The translations under genes were made by a program, and so were the position numbers. The notes under the pieces are model-generated. The model had not been told where the DNA came from. It searched no databases and saw nothing but the letters and a program-made list of their open reading frames with translations. From contig CAWGRJ010000002.1 of the NCBI GenBank assembly GCA_963825025.1, positions 1,218,497-1,282,496 on the forward strand: a stretch of DNA of 64,000 nucleotides, read 5' to 3'. The stretch comes from an uncultured Solirubrobacterales bacterium (lineage in GTDB: Bacteria > Actinomycetota > Thermoleophilia > Solirubrobacterales > Solirubrobacteraceae). Shown one piece after another: positions 52,561-61,078 of the stretch (position 1 is its first letter; every line of letters begins with the position of its first letter).

Positions 52561-53327
52561 GCTGGCGCATCGAAACCGCAAACCCGTTCGCCCTTCTGAG
52601 CGAGCTTCCTGACGATTGGGCGCAGACGTGCTTTCTACGCCCGCCGAGGGACCTACCGACGCCGTGCCTGATCGCGATTCTCGACAGGGTTCGCCGTGTC
52701 CTTCGCGACGACGGGACGCTCTGGCTCTCATTGCCGGGACGTGGCAGCCAGCCGCAGGCGCTCCAGCTGGTCGAGGACGCCGGATGGCTTCGCCAGGATC
52801 GCGCGCTGCACCGCAGCCGTCTCTCGCTGATCGTCGGGCACTCGACGGTCGCGCTGTTCACCAAGCAGCAGGAGTTCCATTTCAACGCACGGCTTGCGCT
52901 GCGCGCCCCGGCAGTGAGGCAAGGCGCGGGAGCCTGCTCTTCGCAGCGTAGCCGCGCGATCTCTGCCCGGCGACTTCAGCGACGCGCGTGGTGCGTTCCC
53001 GCCGCTGGCGAGGCCCAATCGCCGCAGGAGGTCATCGATTGGTGTGTTCGCGCGAGCACCTCGCCTCGCGCGTGCGGGGTCTGCGGCACACCTTGGCGAC
53101 GGCTGCCCGGCGGACCCGATCAGCCTGCTCGGTGGCGGCCCGCTTGCTCGCACACCAACGACCGGGGGCGCTGCCTCGCCCTCGATCCCTTCTGCAGCGC
53201 GTTCGCGGACGTCGGGCTCGCGTCGGTCCGCGCGGGCCGCAGCTACCTCGGCTCGACGCACGACTGTGACACCGCCATGCGCGCGCGAGCGCGCCTTGAG
53301 GTGATCGAGAAGGAGGCGCGGCGATGA
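52557..53327 (+). CDS. DNA-methyltransferase-like protein with degenerate catalytic motifs
   Basis: AGGAGGA before ATG 52557 (ATGA overlap). Aligns by eye with the MTase at 59508-60632, but motif IV is RPPRD instead of DPPY and motif I is LDPFCSAFADVG instead of LDPFTGSGSTG. Confidence 0.6.
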   Translation: MSWRIETANPFALLSELPDDWAQTCFLRPPRDLPTPCLIAILDRVRRVLRDDGTLWLSLPGRGSQPQALQLVEDAGWLRQDRALHRSRLSLIVGHSTVALFTKQQEFHFNARLALRAPAVRQGAGACSSQRSRAISARRLQRRAWCVPAAGEAQSPQEVIDWCVRASTSPRACGVCGTPWRRLPGGPDQPARWRPACSHTNDRGRCLALDPFCSAFADVGLASVRAGRSYLGSTHDCDTAMRARARLEVIEKEARR

Positions 53328-53851
53328 GCGCCGCCGCAGCGTGGATTCGCCGGCAGCTCGACAGGCCGATCGGCGAGAGCGAGCGGCGCGCAGCGTTCAC
53401 CGCGATCTCGGTCGTGCTGATCGCGGCAGCCCTCCTGCTCGCGATGACCAGCACGGGCGTGCCCGCCAGCCAACAGGCCCGCGCGCCCCACCCGCCGACG
53501 AGCACGGTCGGTCCGGTGAAGGGCGGAGCAGCTCCTGCCGAGGCGCTTCGGACCGCACGAACGTTCCTCGACGGCTACCTCGCGTTCGCCTACGGGCACG
53601 GGCCGGCGAGCGCCGTGAAGGACGCGGCCAGCGGCCTCGCCGCCGCACTTCGGAAACGAGCGCGCCTGGTGCCGCCAGCGCTCCGCAGGCTTCACCCGAG
53701 GCTGGTCGCCCTACGCGCCACCAGCTCGACGGGCGCAGCGATCGTCGTCACCGGGCTTGTCAAGGACAGCGAAGTTGTCGCGTACCCGATCAGGGTCGTG
53801 CTCGCCGAGCACGGCGGCCGATATCTCGTCACCGGATTGGCAGGTGCGTAA
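53324..53851 (+). CDS. membrane-anchored transfer-operon protein (175 aa)
   Basis: ATGA overlap at 53324-53327. TM AAFTAISVVLIAAALLLAMT. No family recognised. Confidence 0.6.
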   Translation: MSAAAAWIRRQLDRPIGESERRAAFTAISVVLIAAALLLAMTSTGVPASQQARAPHPPTSTVGPVKGGAAPAEALRTARTFLDGYLAFAYGHGPASAVKDAASGLAAALRKRARLVPPALRRLHPRLVALRATSSTGAAIVVTGLVKDSEVVAYPIRVVLAEHGGRYLVTGLAGA

Positions 53852-55014
53852 TGCGACGCGCTGCCTTGATGTGGCTCATTGGCGGATTCTCCACGGCGGC
53901 GATTGCGCTGCTGCTGGCGTTCGCGGTCGCGGTCGCTGTGCTCGGCGCGAGCCTCAACGGCTGCTCGCCACAGGCAGCACCGTCACCCACCGTTGAAGGG
54001 CCAACGCCGTCGGCCTACGCGCTGCAGAGCATCCCGCCCGAACGCCTCGCGCTGTACGAGCGAGCCGGGGAGCGGTTCGACATCGACTGGTCGTTCCTCG
54101 CGTCGATCGGCGCGCAGGAGTGCGGCAACGGCGAGTGCGCCGGCACCAACGAGGCCGGTTGCGCGGGACCGATGCAGATCGCCTACGTGCGCGGCAGCGA
54201 ATGCAGCCCAGGCTCCGGCCCGACGCTGTGGGAAACCTACGCCGTCAACGCCGACCCCGGCCATCCGCTGTCGATCAACGACCCAGCGGACGCGATCTTC
54301 ACCGCCGCGAGGATCTTGCGCGAAGCCAAGGGCGCCCCACCGACGGGCGGCACCTTCGCCGAATATCACGAAGCCGCCTGCCACTACTACGGCGCGTGCG
54401 GCGACTCGACCGTGGCGTATGCGGAAGAGGTCATGGCCCAAGCCGTCCAGTACGGCTTCACCGGGTCCGGTGCGCCGACGGCGACAAGCCCGCCGCTCGC
54501 CGAACCAGTCAGCGGCGGCTGCGAAGCCAGCTCGGGGCCACCGACGCCGGCCAGCAGCTCAAGGATCGTCCGGGTCGCCGAAAGTCAGCTCGGGCAAGGC
54601 GAGCACCCGCCTGGGAGTAACTGCACGATTTTCGGGCCGTGCGAGGAGTGGTGCAGCCTCTTCGCGAGCTGGGTCTGGAAGCGCGCGGGCGTTCCGCTGC
54701 CCGGCTCGACCGCCACCTACGGCTACTCCGGGTCGCTCTACACCTGGGCGAAGGAACACGGCGGCAGAGTTCTCCCGCCGACCGCTAGACCGTCGCCCGG
54801 CGACCTCGTGTTCTTCGGGGCAGGCCCAACCGAAAGCGTGCATGTCGCGATCGTGCAGAGCGTCTACAGCGACGGGCGAATCACGACGATCGACGGCAAC
54901 GACGATCACAACGAAGTCGGCATCGCCGGCCCGTTCCTCCCGAGCGAAGCGGTCGTCCAAGAACAGCACATCTACGGCTTCGCGCAGCCACCGACGACGG
55001 GAAGGCACGGGTGA
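53851..55014 (+). CDS. bifunctional cell-wall hydrolase: lytic-transglycosylase-like domain plus CHAP/NlpC-P60-type cysteine peptidase
   Basis: SLT-like FLASIGAQECGNG...CAGPMQIAY. Peptidase C..H context GPCEEWCSLFASWVWKRAG, GDLVFFG, VHVAIV and TIDGND. ATG 53851 shares one base with TAA 53849-53851. Confidence 0.85.
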   Translation: MRRAALMWLIGGFSTAAIALLLAFAVAVAVLGASLNGCSPQAAPSPTVEGPTPSAYALQSIPPERLALYERAGERFDIDWSFLASIGAQECGNGECAGTNEAGCAGPMQIAYVRGSECSPGSGPTLWETYAVNADPGHPLSINDPADAIFTAARILREAKGAPPTGGTFAEYHEAACHYYGACGDSTVAYAEEVMAQAVQYGFTGSGAPTATSPPLAEPVSGGCEASSGPPTPASSSRIVRVAESQLGQGEHPPGSNCTIFGPCEEWCSLFASWVWKRAGVPLPGSTATYGYSGSLYTWAKEHGGRVLPPTARPSPGDLVFFGAGPTESVHVAIVQSVYSDGRITTIDGNDDHNEVGIAGPFLPSEAVVQEQHIYGFAQPPTTGRHG

Positions 55015-55172
55015 GCGGCGCCATGCCACAGCGCAAAAACAAGGCAGCCGGCAACGCTGTCCCGCCGCCGCTCGCGCACCCCCCGGCGCGGCAGCACGCG
55101 CCAGCGCCAAGCGGGCGGCGTCGATCGGCGACGGCGGGCCGCTGTGGTCGGGGGGCGCGGCGATGAGCTGCC

Positions 55173-55244
55173 GGGTCCGTTTGAGGTTCCGTCTAAGGGG
55201 CCGTTTGAGGTTCCGTCAGAGGGTCCGTCTGCGGTTCCCTGCGC
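55173..55244 (+). repeat. three tandem 24-nt repeats
   Basis: gggtCCGTTTGAGGTTCCGTCtaa / ggggCCGTTTGAGGTTCCGTCaga / gggtCCGTcTGcGGTTCCcTgcgc. They lie in a G+T-rich stretch between the hydrolase and the coupling-protein genes. Confidence 0.85.
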
Positions 55245-55632
55245 TTTGCGTGCCGTTGGGTCTTTTCCCCTGCACCTTTGCGGGTTTTGTGGGCGACTGC
55301 GCCGCCGACATCTCTGTGTCCGCTGGTGAATGTCCTGTCTCCCGCTCGCTGACTGGAGACCCTGCGGTGCTCTGCCTCGCGGGGCGTGCTGCCACTCTGG
55401 GGTTGCCGTTGGCTACCTGGCTGGCTGCCATCTTCGCGGTGCTCTCCGATAGGAGGCCCGTGGTGACCCTGCGCGGCGCTGTGCCTTCCGCGGATCGTGT
55501 CGTCGCTGGTCGTCGTCGCTGCTTCGCTGCGCCTGCGCGTCTGGCTAGTCCAGTTGCCTTCCCGGTGCTGCGGTGCCTCGCTGTTCGAGGTCGCACCGTC
55601 CAGCCGTCGCTATCGCGTCGGCTGCCCGGTAG

Positions 55633-58440
55633 ATGGTGCAACGGCCCGCGCGTGGCGCGGCGGCGGTCGGGCGGTGCCCGGTGAGCGGGAAGGGATCACA
55701 GGACCCCCGCCCGCTTGTCGCGGTCGTCGCCGGGCTGATCGTGGCCTCGCTGATCGGTGGCGCTCGCGGCTCGCACCTCGCCGCGGTCGAGACCGCTGGA
55801 CGGGTGCTGCCGGTCGTGTTGATCGCCGCCACGGTTCTCGGTTCGGTCGCGTTGGCGTGTCGGGTGGTGGCGACGAGGAGGGCGCTCGCCTCTCGGACTC
55901 GGCTGGTGGTGCTCGCGCCCGATTCGTTCGATCCGTCGCTCGATGCGGTGCTGCGCTGCGCGGCTCAGCTCTCGCGCGTGCGCAGGCTCGTCGGCGGCTG
56001 GCTTGATCCGCGGGCGAGGGCAGTTCGGGTGCTGCTCGATTGCGACGAGCAAGGCCGGATGCGCTACTCGCTGAGCGTGCCCGAGCGGGCGCTGCCGGCG
56101 GTCCGAGCAGCGGTTGGCGTGTTCGATCGCGTGCAGCTTCAGGTCATCGACCCGAACGCCGAGCCGGCAAGCGAGGGGGATCGTCGTGTTGAGGTCGTGC
56201 GGGCTGAGCTTCGTCTCGCTCGCCCGAGCAGCGAACCGCTCGCGCATCTCCCGCTGACACCCGATCCGTTGCAGAGCTTCGCGAGGGTTCTCTCTCGGCT
56301 TGATCCGGCGCACCGCGAGCAGGCGGAAGTCGCTGTCGATCTGTTGCCGACGACGGCAGCGACCCGCAGGCGCCTTCGCCGCCGGCTGCTCAAGGAGGCT
56401 CTGCGTCGCGGGGGCCAATCGAGCGAGCCCAACCGAGGCGGGGGATGGCTCGACTTCGACTCCGGCCGGGTAGGGCGTCGGCGGCCTGCGGAAATGGTCG
56501 AGCAGCGCGCCGAACGTGAGGAGATCGCGGCGAAGCTCGTGCAGGCCGAGCCTCTGTTCCGGCTGCAGGTTCTGATCCGCTGTGCATCCCCGGAGCGCGG
56601 CAGAGCGGTCGCTTGCCTGCAAGGGCTGCTCGGCTGCTTCGACGGGTTCGCTGGCGCTAACTCGCTGCGGGTCGTCGGCGTTCGTTTCTTCGGGCTGGCG
56701 TTCGCCGGATCGGACCTCCCTGGCCGTCGGGGCTGGTTCGATCGCCGGATACGCACGGGGCTGTTTCGCCCCGCTCGTCGTGACTACGTGACCGCGCGGG
56801 AGATGGCCGGTCTTCTGAAGCCGCCGACCGCGAAGTGCGCCGCGCCTGAAGTGCTGCGCCTCGGCCCAGCGGTGTATCCGGCGCCGAGGACGCTCCCGAC
56901 GTTCAAAGGTCAGGCGAACCTCGTGCCGCTCGGGAAGGTGGAGGACGAGACGGGACAGCGCACGATCGGGCTCCGCGTCGAGGACTCGTTCTTCACCTAC
57001 ACCGCTGGACGGAGCCGATGGGGGAAGACCGAGCTTGCGCTCACGCAGTTCCTGCACCTCGTGCGAAGCGGTCACGGCGGGCTGTTCCTCGACCCGCACC
57101 AAGACGCCGTCCAAAGGGTCAAGAGCTGCCTGACCGAGGAAGGGCTCGCCGAGCGCGTCATCGAGCTTGACCTCGTCGGGCCGCGCAGCCGCCAGGGGCA
57201 GCCGGGATGGAACCTCTTTGCCGCCAGGGGCCTCGATCCCGACGCCGCCGAGCGGCGGGTCGAGGCGATCGTGGACAGCTTCGCGTCCGCCTTGCAGTGG
57301 TCCGAGCGCAACAACCGGGCGCTCACCCTGACGACGCAGGCGACCGCCGCGCTGATCGAGCTGGCCGGCGTGCTGCCCGAGGGGCTGCAGCCGACGATCT
57401 TCCAGATACCGTCGATCCTGGGGAACCCCGACTGGCTCGCCGCCGCTTTGCCGCACCTCTCCCCGGCGCGGCGCCAGTTCTTTACCGAGCGGTTCCCGCG
57501 CCTGTCCGAAGAGGCGATAACGCCGGTCACGAACCTGATCGACCGGCTTCGCTCATCGACGCAGCTCGCCGCGCTGCTCGGCTCGCAGACCTCCAGCTAC
57601 GACATCGGCCGCGCAATGAACGAACGGCGGATCGTGCTCGCCTGCCCTGGTGCGGGAGGAGCTAAGGACAAGCTCGTCGCGAACCTGCTCGTCTATGACC
57701 TTCTGCATGGCGCGAAGGGACGCGCGTCGATGGCGCCCGAGCAGCGCCTGCCGTTCTACGTCTTCCTCGATGAGGTCCAGACCTACGACGGCGCGGCTGG
57801 CGGGAACCTCGCAGCTTTGCTTGAGCAGACAGCGAAGTACGGCATCCGCGCCACCTTGCTCAATCAGAACCCGGAGCGGCTGACGAGCGACACGCTGAAC
57901 GCGCTCACGACCAACCGCAGCCACCTGATCACGACGGCGCTCAACGCGCACGCCGCCGCGCTGATCGCGAGGGAGTGGGGAGGCGATCCGCCCGCCGCTG
58001 CGATCACGGGCCTGCCGCGCTGGACGTTCATCGCTCAGGTCACGCACGAGGGCAAGCAGACCCGGCCGTTCATGTTCGAAGGCCACTCAGTCGAGGAGCA
58101 GTTCGCCGACGCCTACAGGCCAGACGCTCTAGTTGACGTCCAGGCAACGATCGACAAGGCATCGGGACGCACCCCCGCCTCGGAGACAGTCGCCGATCTC
58201 GACACGCTGGACGAGCGGATCAAGCAGCACCTCGAAGGACAATCCGGCGGCAGCGGCGGAGGTGCCCGTCTCGATCCCGAGGCGCCGTGGACGGCGCCAG
58301 CGCCGAGCGAGCCTAGTCCGCGGGCCAGCTTGATCGTGCGCGGGCGCGGCGAGCACTCGGCGGCACCTCGTCGGTTTCCGCGTCTGCGGGACGGGCACGC
58401 TGCGCGGCCCGCTTGGATGCCCGCTGGAGCACGGCCATGA
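55633..58440 (+). CDS. type IV coupling protein (VirD4/TraG/TcpA-like)
   Basis: Two N-terminal TM helices (LVAVVAGLIVASLIGG and VLPVVLIAATVLGSVALACRVV). Walker A TAGRSRWGKTELAL. Walker B FYVFLDEVQTY. Start uncertain (ATG 55633 or GTG 55681). Confidence 0.85.
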   Translation: MVQRPARGAAAVGRCPVSGKGSQDPRPLVAVVAGLIVASLIGGARGSHLAAVETAGRVLPVVLIAATVLGSVALACRVVATRRALASRTRLVVLAPDSFDPSLDAVLRCAAQLSRVRRLVGGWLDPRARAVRVLLDCDEQGRMRYSLSVPERALPAVRAAVGVFDRVQLQVIDPNAEPASEGDRRVEVVRAELRLARPSSEPLAHLPLTPDPLQSFARVLSRLDPAHREQAEVAVDLLPTTAATRRRLRRRLLKEALRRGGQSSEPNRGGGWLDFDSGRVGRRRPAEMVEQRAEREEIAAKLVQAEPLFRLQVLIRCASPERGRAVACLQGLLGCFDGFAGANSLRVVGVRFFGLAFAGSDLPGRRGWFDRRIRTGLFRPARRDYVTAREMAGLLKPPTAKCAAPEVLRLGPAVYPAPRTLPTFKGQANLVPLGKVEDETGQRTIGLRVEDSFFTYTAGRSRWGKTELALTQFLHLVRSGHGGLFLDPHQDAVQRVKSCLTEEGLAERVIELDLVGPRSRQGQPGWNLFAARGLDPDAAERRVEAIVDSFASALQWSERNNRALTLTTQATAALIELAGVLPEGLQPTIFQIPSILGNPDWLAAALPHLSPARRQFFTERFPRLSEEAITPVTNLIDRLRSSTQLAALLGSQTSSYDIGRAMNERRIVLACPGAGGAKDKLVANLLVYDLLHGAKGRASMAPEQRLPFYVFLDEVQTYDGAAGGNLAALLEQTAKYGIRATLLNQNPERLTSDTLNALTTNRSHLITTALNAHAAALIAREWGGDPPAAAITGLPRWTFIAQVTHEGKQTRPFMFEGHSVEEQFADAYRPDALVDVQATIDKASGRTPASETVADLDTLDERIKQHLEGQSGGSGGGARLDPEAPWTAPAPSEPSPRASLIVRGRGEHSAAPRRFPRLRDGHAARPAWMPAGARP

Positions 58441-59351
58441 GCGGGCCTCGCGCGTTGCCGCCGGTCGCCGGGTCGATGCTCGCGGGCATCTATGAGCACC
58501 GGCTGCTGAGCACAACCCAGCTTCATGCGCTCTACACCCCGGCCGCGCAGGCAAGGTGGGCACGGCAAGTGCTGGCGCTGCTTGAGCGGCGCGGCTTCGT
58601 AGATCGCATTCGCAGCCCCCGGCGGCTATCGCTGTGGTTCCTCACCGACACCGGAGCGGACGCCGTCGAGGCCGGTGGTGCTCCTGTCGAGTTCCGCCGC
58701 CGAGTCACCAGCCGCGAGCAGGCCGAAGGGCCGCTGAAGAAGCACACGATCGCCGTCAATCAGGTCGGTGTCGAGTTCGTCCGGGCAGCGCGACAGCGAG
58801 GCGACGAGTGCGGCCCGGACTCTTGGCGCAACGAGGTCGCGCACCCCATCAGCCATGCACGCGGACGCAGGCCCGCCGAGCTGGTCATCGCCGACGCCCT
58901 TCTCACCTACCTTGAGACCTCAAGCGACGGAGCGCTCGCGCTGCACCAGCGCTTCATCGAGCTTGACCGCGGCACCCGAACCACCGAGCAGCTCGCCGGA
59001 AAGATCACCCGGTATGCGCGGCTGCGCCACTACGCTCCACCGGCCTCGGGCGAGAACACGCCAGAGCCCCTGTGGCGGAGCTACTACCGCGCCTGGCCGC
59101 ACCTCCTGATCGTTCTCGCCGACCAATCGCGCGAGACGATGCGCCAGCGGGTGCAGCGCACCCTCGCCTTGCAGGCGTCGGACCCCGCCGGCCGCGTCGG
59201 CCAGGTCCCCGTGTGGTTCGTCGCGCTCGATGACCTCGCGGCGCACGGCCCGTTCGCGCCGATCTTCCTCAGCAACCAACAACCCGAGCAGCGCGTCGAC
59301 TGGCTCGGCCAACCACGACCCCAGGAGCACCAGAACGATGGCCTGCACTAG
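58437..59351 (+). CDS. replication-relaxation (Replic_Relax) family protein, candidate relaxase
   Basis: ATG 58437 overlaps the coupling-protein TGA (ATGA). MLAGIYEHRLLSTTQLHALYTPAAQARWARQVLALLERRGFVDRIR matches the N-terminal wHTH signature of the family. Confidence 0.7.
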   Translation: MSGPRALPPVAGSMLAGIYEHRLLSTTQLHALYTPAAQARWARQVLALLERRGFVDRIRSPRRLSLWFLTDTGADAVEAGGAPVEFRRRVTSREQAEGPLKKHTIAVNQVGVEFVRAARQRGDECGPDSWRNEVAHPISHARGRRPAELVIADALLTYLETSSDGALALHQRFIELDRGTRTTEQLAGKITRYARLRHYAPPASGENTPEPLWRSYYRAWPHLLIVLADQSRETMRQRVQRTLALQASDPAGRVGQVPVWFVALDDLAAHGPFAPIFLSNQQPEQRVDWLGQPRPQEHQNDGLH

Positions 59352-59507
59352 CCGCCTACGACCGTGCCTCGATCGCGCCGCGCGTAGCCCTCCCGCCGCC
59401 CACTGACGCACCTCCGCCACTGCGCCCGCTCGCGAGCGCCCGAGCCTCGACTGCCGTTTTGCCGAGGACGTCCTCGTTCCAGCCCGACCCCAAAAAGGGG
59501 GACTTCA

Positions 59508-60632
59508 ATGACCCGCCGCCGACCCTCATGCATCCCACAATCAACATGGAAAGTCACCCACGCCGACTGCTTCGGAGTACTCCAGAGCCTCGACGCCAAC
59601 ACGGTTGACGCGATCATCACCGACCCGCCCTACGGCATCGGCGTCAACGGCATGGAGTGGGATCGCCCGGCAAGGCTCGACCCGGCAGCACCAGCCGGCA
59701 AACCACGGCGGCGCCCCCCGACCGAGGACCCCCTCGACCGCTTCCAACAGTTCTCGCGCGAGTGGAGCCGCGCCTGCCTGCACGGCCTGAAGCCCGGCGG
59801 GCACCTCGCCGCGTTCGCCGCGCCGAGAACCGCTCACCGGCTGACGTGCGGGCTCGAAGAAGCAGGCTTCGAAATCCGCGACGTGCTCATGTGGCTCCAG
59901 GGCCAGGGCTATCCCGCCACGCGCGTTCTGCCCGACGGGCAGGGCACCGGCCTGAAGCCCGCTTGGGAGCCGATCATCCTCGCGCGCAAGCCGCTCGACG
60001 GGACGCTCGATCAGACCCTCGCCGAGCACGGGACGGGAGCCATGAAAATCGACGCCTGCCGAATCGAGCTGGCGCAAGAGGACGCCGCCAGGGAAGGGCG
60101 GGCGCACGGCCGGCTGATCACCGCGAGCCCGCAAGGCCGCTGGCCCGCCAACCTCCTGCTCTCACACGGCGATTCATGCACCGAGGAGGCGTGCGAAGCG
60201 GACTGCCCGATCGAGCTGCTCGGCGATCGGCACCGCTTCTTCTACGCCGCGAAGGCATCGCGCCGCGAGCGCGACGCCGGCTGCGAGAACCTGCCGCGCA
60301 AGGTCGTGCAGACCTTCAAGATCGGCGCCCACAACGAGAAGATGTGCGACGAGAACCCGGTCGCGAACATCCATCCGACCGTCAAGCCGATCGACCTGAT
60401 GCGCTGGCTCGTCAGGCTGCTCACGCCGCAGGGCGGCCTCGTGCTCGACCCATTCACCGGCAGCGGCTCGACCGGAGCTGCCGCCGTGCTCGAGGGGGCG
60501 CGCTTCCACGGCATCGAGCGAGAAGCCGAGTACCTGCCTATCGCGCGTGCCCGGATCAAGCACTGGTCAGACTCTCGGCGGCGCGGGTGCGGTTCGGCGA
60601 CCGCTCGGGTGAGACAGAAGGCCAAGGCATGA
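59508..60632 (+). CDS. orphan DNA methyltransferase (beta-class N6A/N4C)
   Basis: Motif IV VDAIITDPPYGIG lies before motif I LVLDPFTGSGSTGAAAVLEGARFHGIERE. GGGGGA Shine-Dalgarno before ATG 59508. No restriction partner nearby. Confidence 0.85.
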   Translation: MTRRRPSCIPQSTWKVTHADCFGVLQSLDANTVDAIITDPPYGIGVNGMEWDRPARLDPAAPAGKPRRRPPTEDPLDRFQQFSREWSRACLHGLKPGGHLAAFAAPRTAHRLTCGLEEAGFEIRDVLMWLQGQGYPATRVLPDGQGTGLKPAWEPIILARKPLDGTLDQTLAEHGTGAMKIDACRIELAQEDAAREGRAHGRLITASPQGRWPANLLLSHGDSCTEEACEADCPIELLGDRHRFFYAAKASRRERDAGCENLPRKVVQTFKIGAHNEKMCDENPVANIHPTVKPIDLMRWLVRLLTPQGGLVLDPFTGSGSTGAAAVLEGARFHGIEREAEYLPIARARIKHWSDSRRRGCGSATARVRQKAKA

Positions 60633-61054
60633 CCCTCGACCCCGACGACATCGAGTCCATCGCGACTCGCGTGGTCGAACTGCTGCAGGACGAGGCGACC
60701 GGCGCGGCGAGGTACGTGGACGCTGCCCTGGTCGCGCAGAAGCTCGGCGTCGACCGCGATTGGGTCTACGCGCACGCGCGGGAGTTGGGCGGCGTGCGCC
60801 TGGGAGGGCCTCACGGGCGGCTGCGCTTCGACCTCCAAAAGATCCGCCGCCAGCTCGACTGCCCCGACGAGGGGCGGCTGAGGCCCGGCGAGCGTCGGCG
60901 CGCACGGCCGCGAAAACACCCGCCAAGACGGCTCGGAAACGTTGATCTTCTGCCCTACACAGAGGTACGATCCACCGGCCAAATAGGTGGCCGGGCGGCG
61001 CGCGAACGCCCCCGGCCCGACAACGGGAGATGCCCCGATGTACCCATACCGTAG
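60629..61054 (+). CDS. excisionase-family HTH protein (Xis-like)
   Basis: ATG 60629 overlaps the MTase TGA (ATGA). YVDAALVAQKLGVDRDWVYAHARELGGVRLGGPHGRLRFDL is the excisionase/MerR-type winged-helix pattern. Basic tail. Confidence 0.6.
   Translation: MTLDPDDIESIATRVVELLQDEATGAARYVDAALVAQKLGVDRDWVYAHARELGGVRLGGPHGRLRFDLQKIRRQLDCPDEGRLRPGERRRARPRKHPPRRLGNVDLLPYTEVRSTGQIGGRAARERPRPDNGRCPDVPIP
60908..60927 (+). repeat. 20-nt exact direct repeat, copy 1 (CCGCGAAAACACCCGCCAAG)
   Basis: Identical 20-mer at 62628-62647. The two copies are read in different frames in the two genes, so conservation is at the DNA level. Confidence 0.9.
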
Positions 61055-61078
61055 AACCTCAACGCGGGAGCGTGCCTG

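Noticed and set aside
55173-55244. The three 24-nt direct repeats, considered as a mini CRISPR array.
   Set aside because: The repeats are contiguous with no spacers, only three copies exist and the third is degenerate. There are no cas genes in the window.
53879-55684. 601-codon plus-strand ORF spanning the hydrolase gene and the 55.0-55.6 kb spacer.
   Set aside because: It is out of frame with the well-supported SLT/CHAP hydrolase for most of its length, and its composition is extremely Arg/Ala/Pro-rich. Only its last 173 codons are discussed, as an unresolved alternative, in the spacer finding.
55696-57456. Very long antisense ORFs opposite clear genes. Examples: 55696-57456(-) 586 aa, 47508-48734(-), 41210-42181(-), 16706-17806(-), 7593-8507(-), 12727-13842(+), 10940-11647(+).
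   Set aside because: They are Arg/Pro/Gly/Ala-rich, lack motifs and lie exactly opposite genes with strong motif support. Such shadow ORFs are expected when stop codons are rare in about 70% GC DNA.
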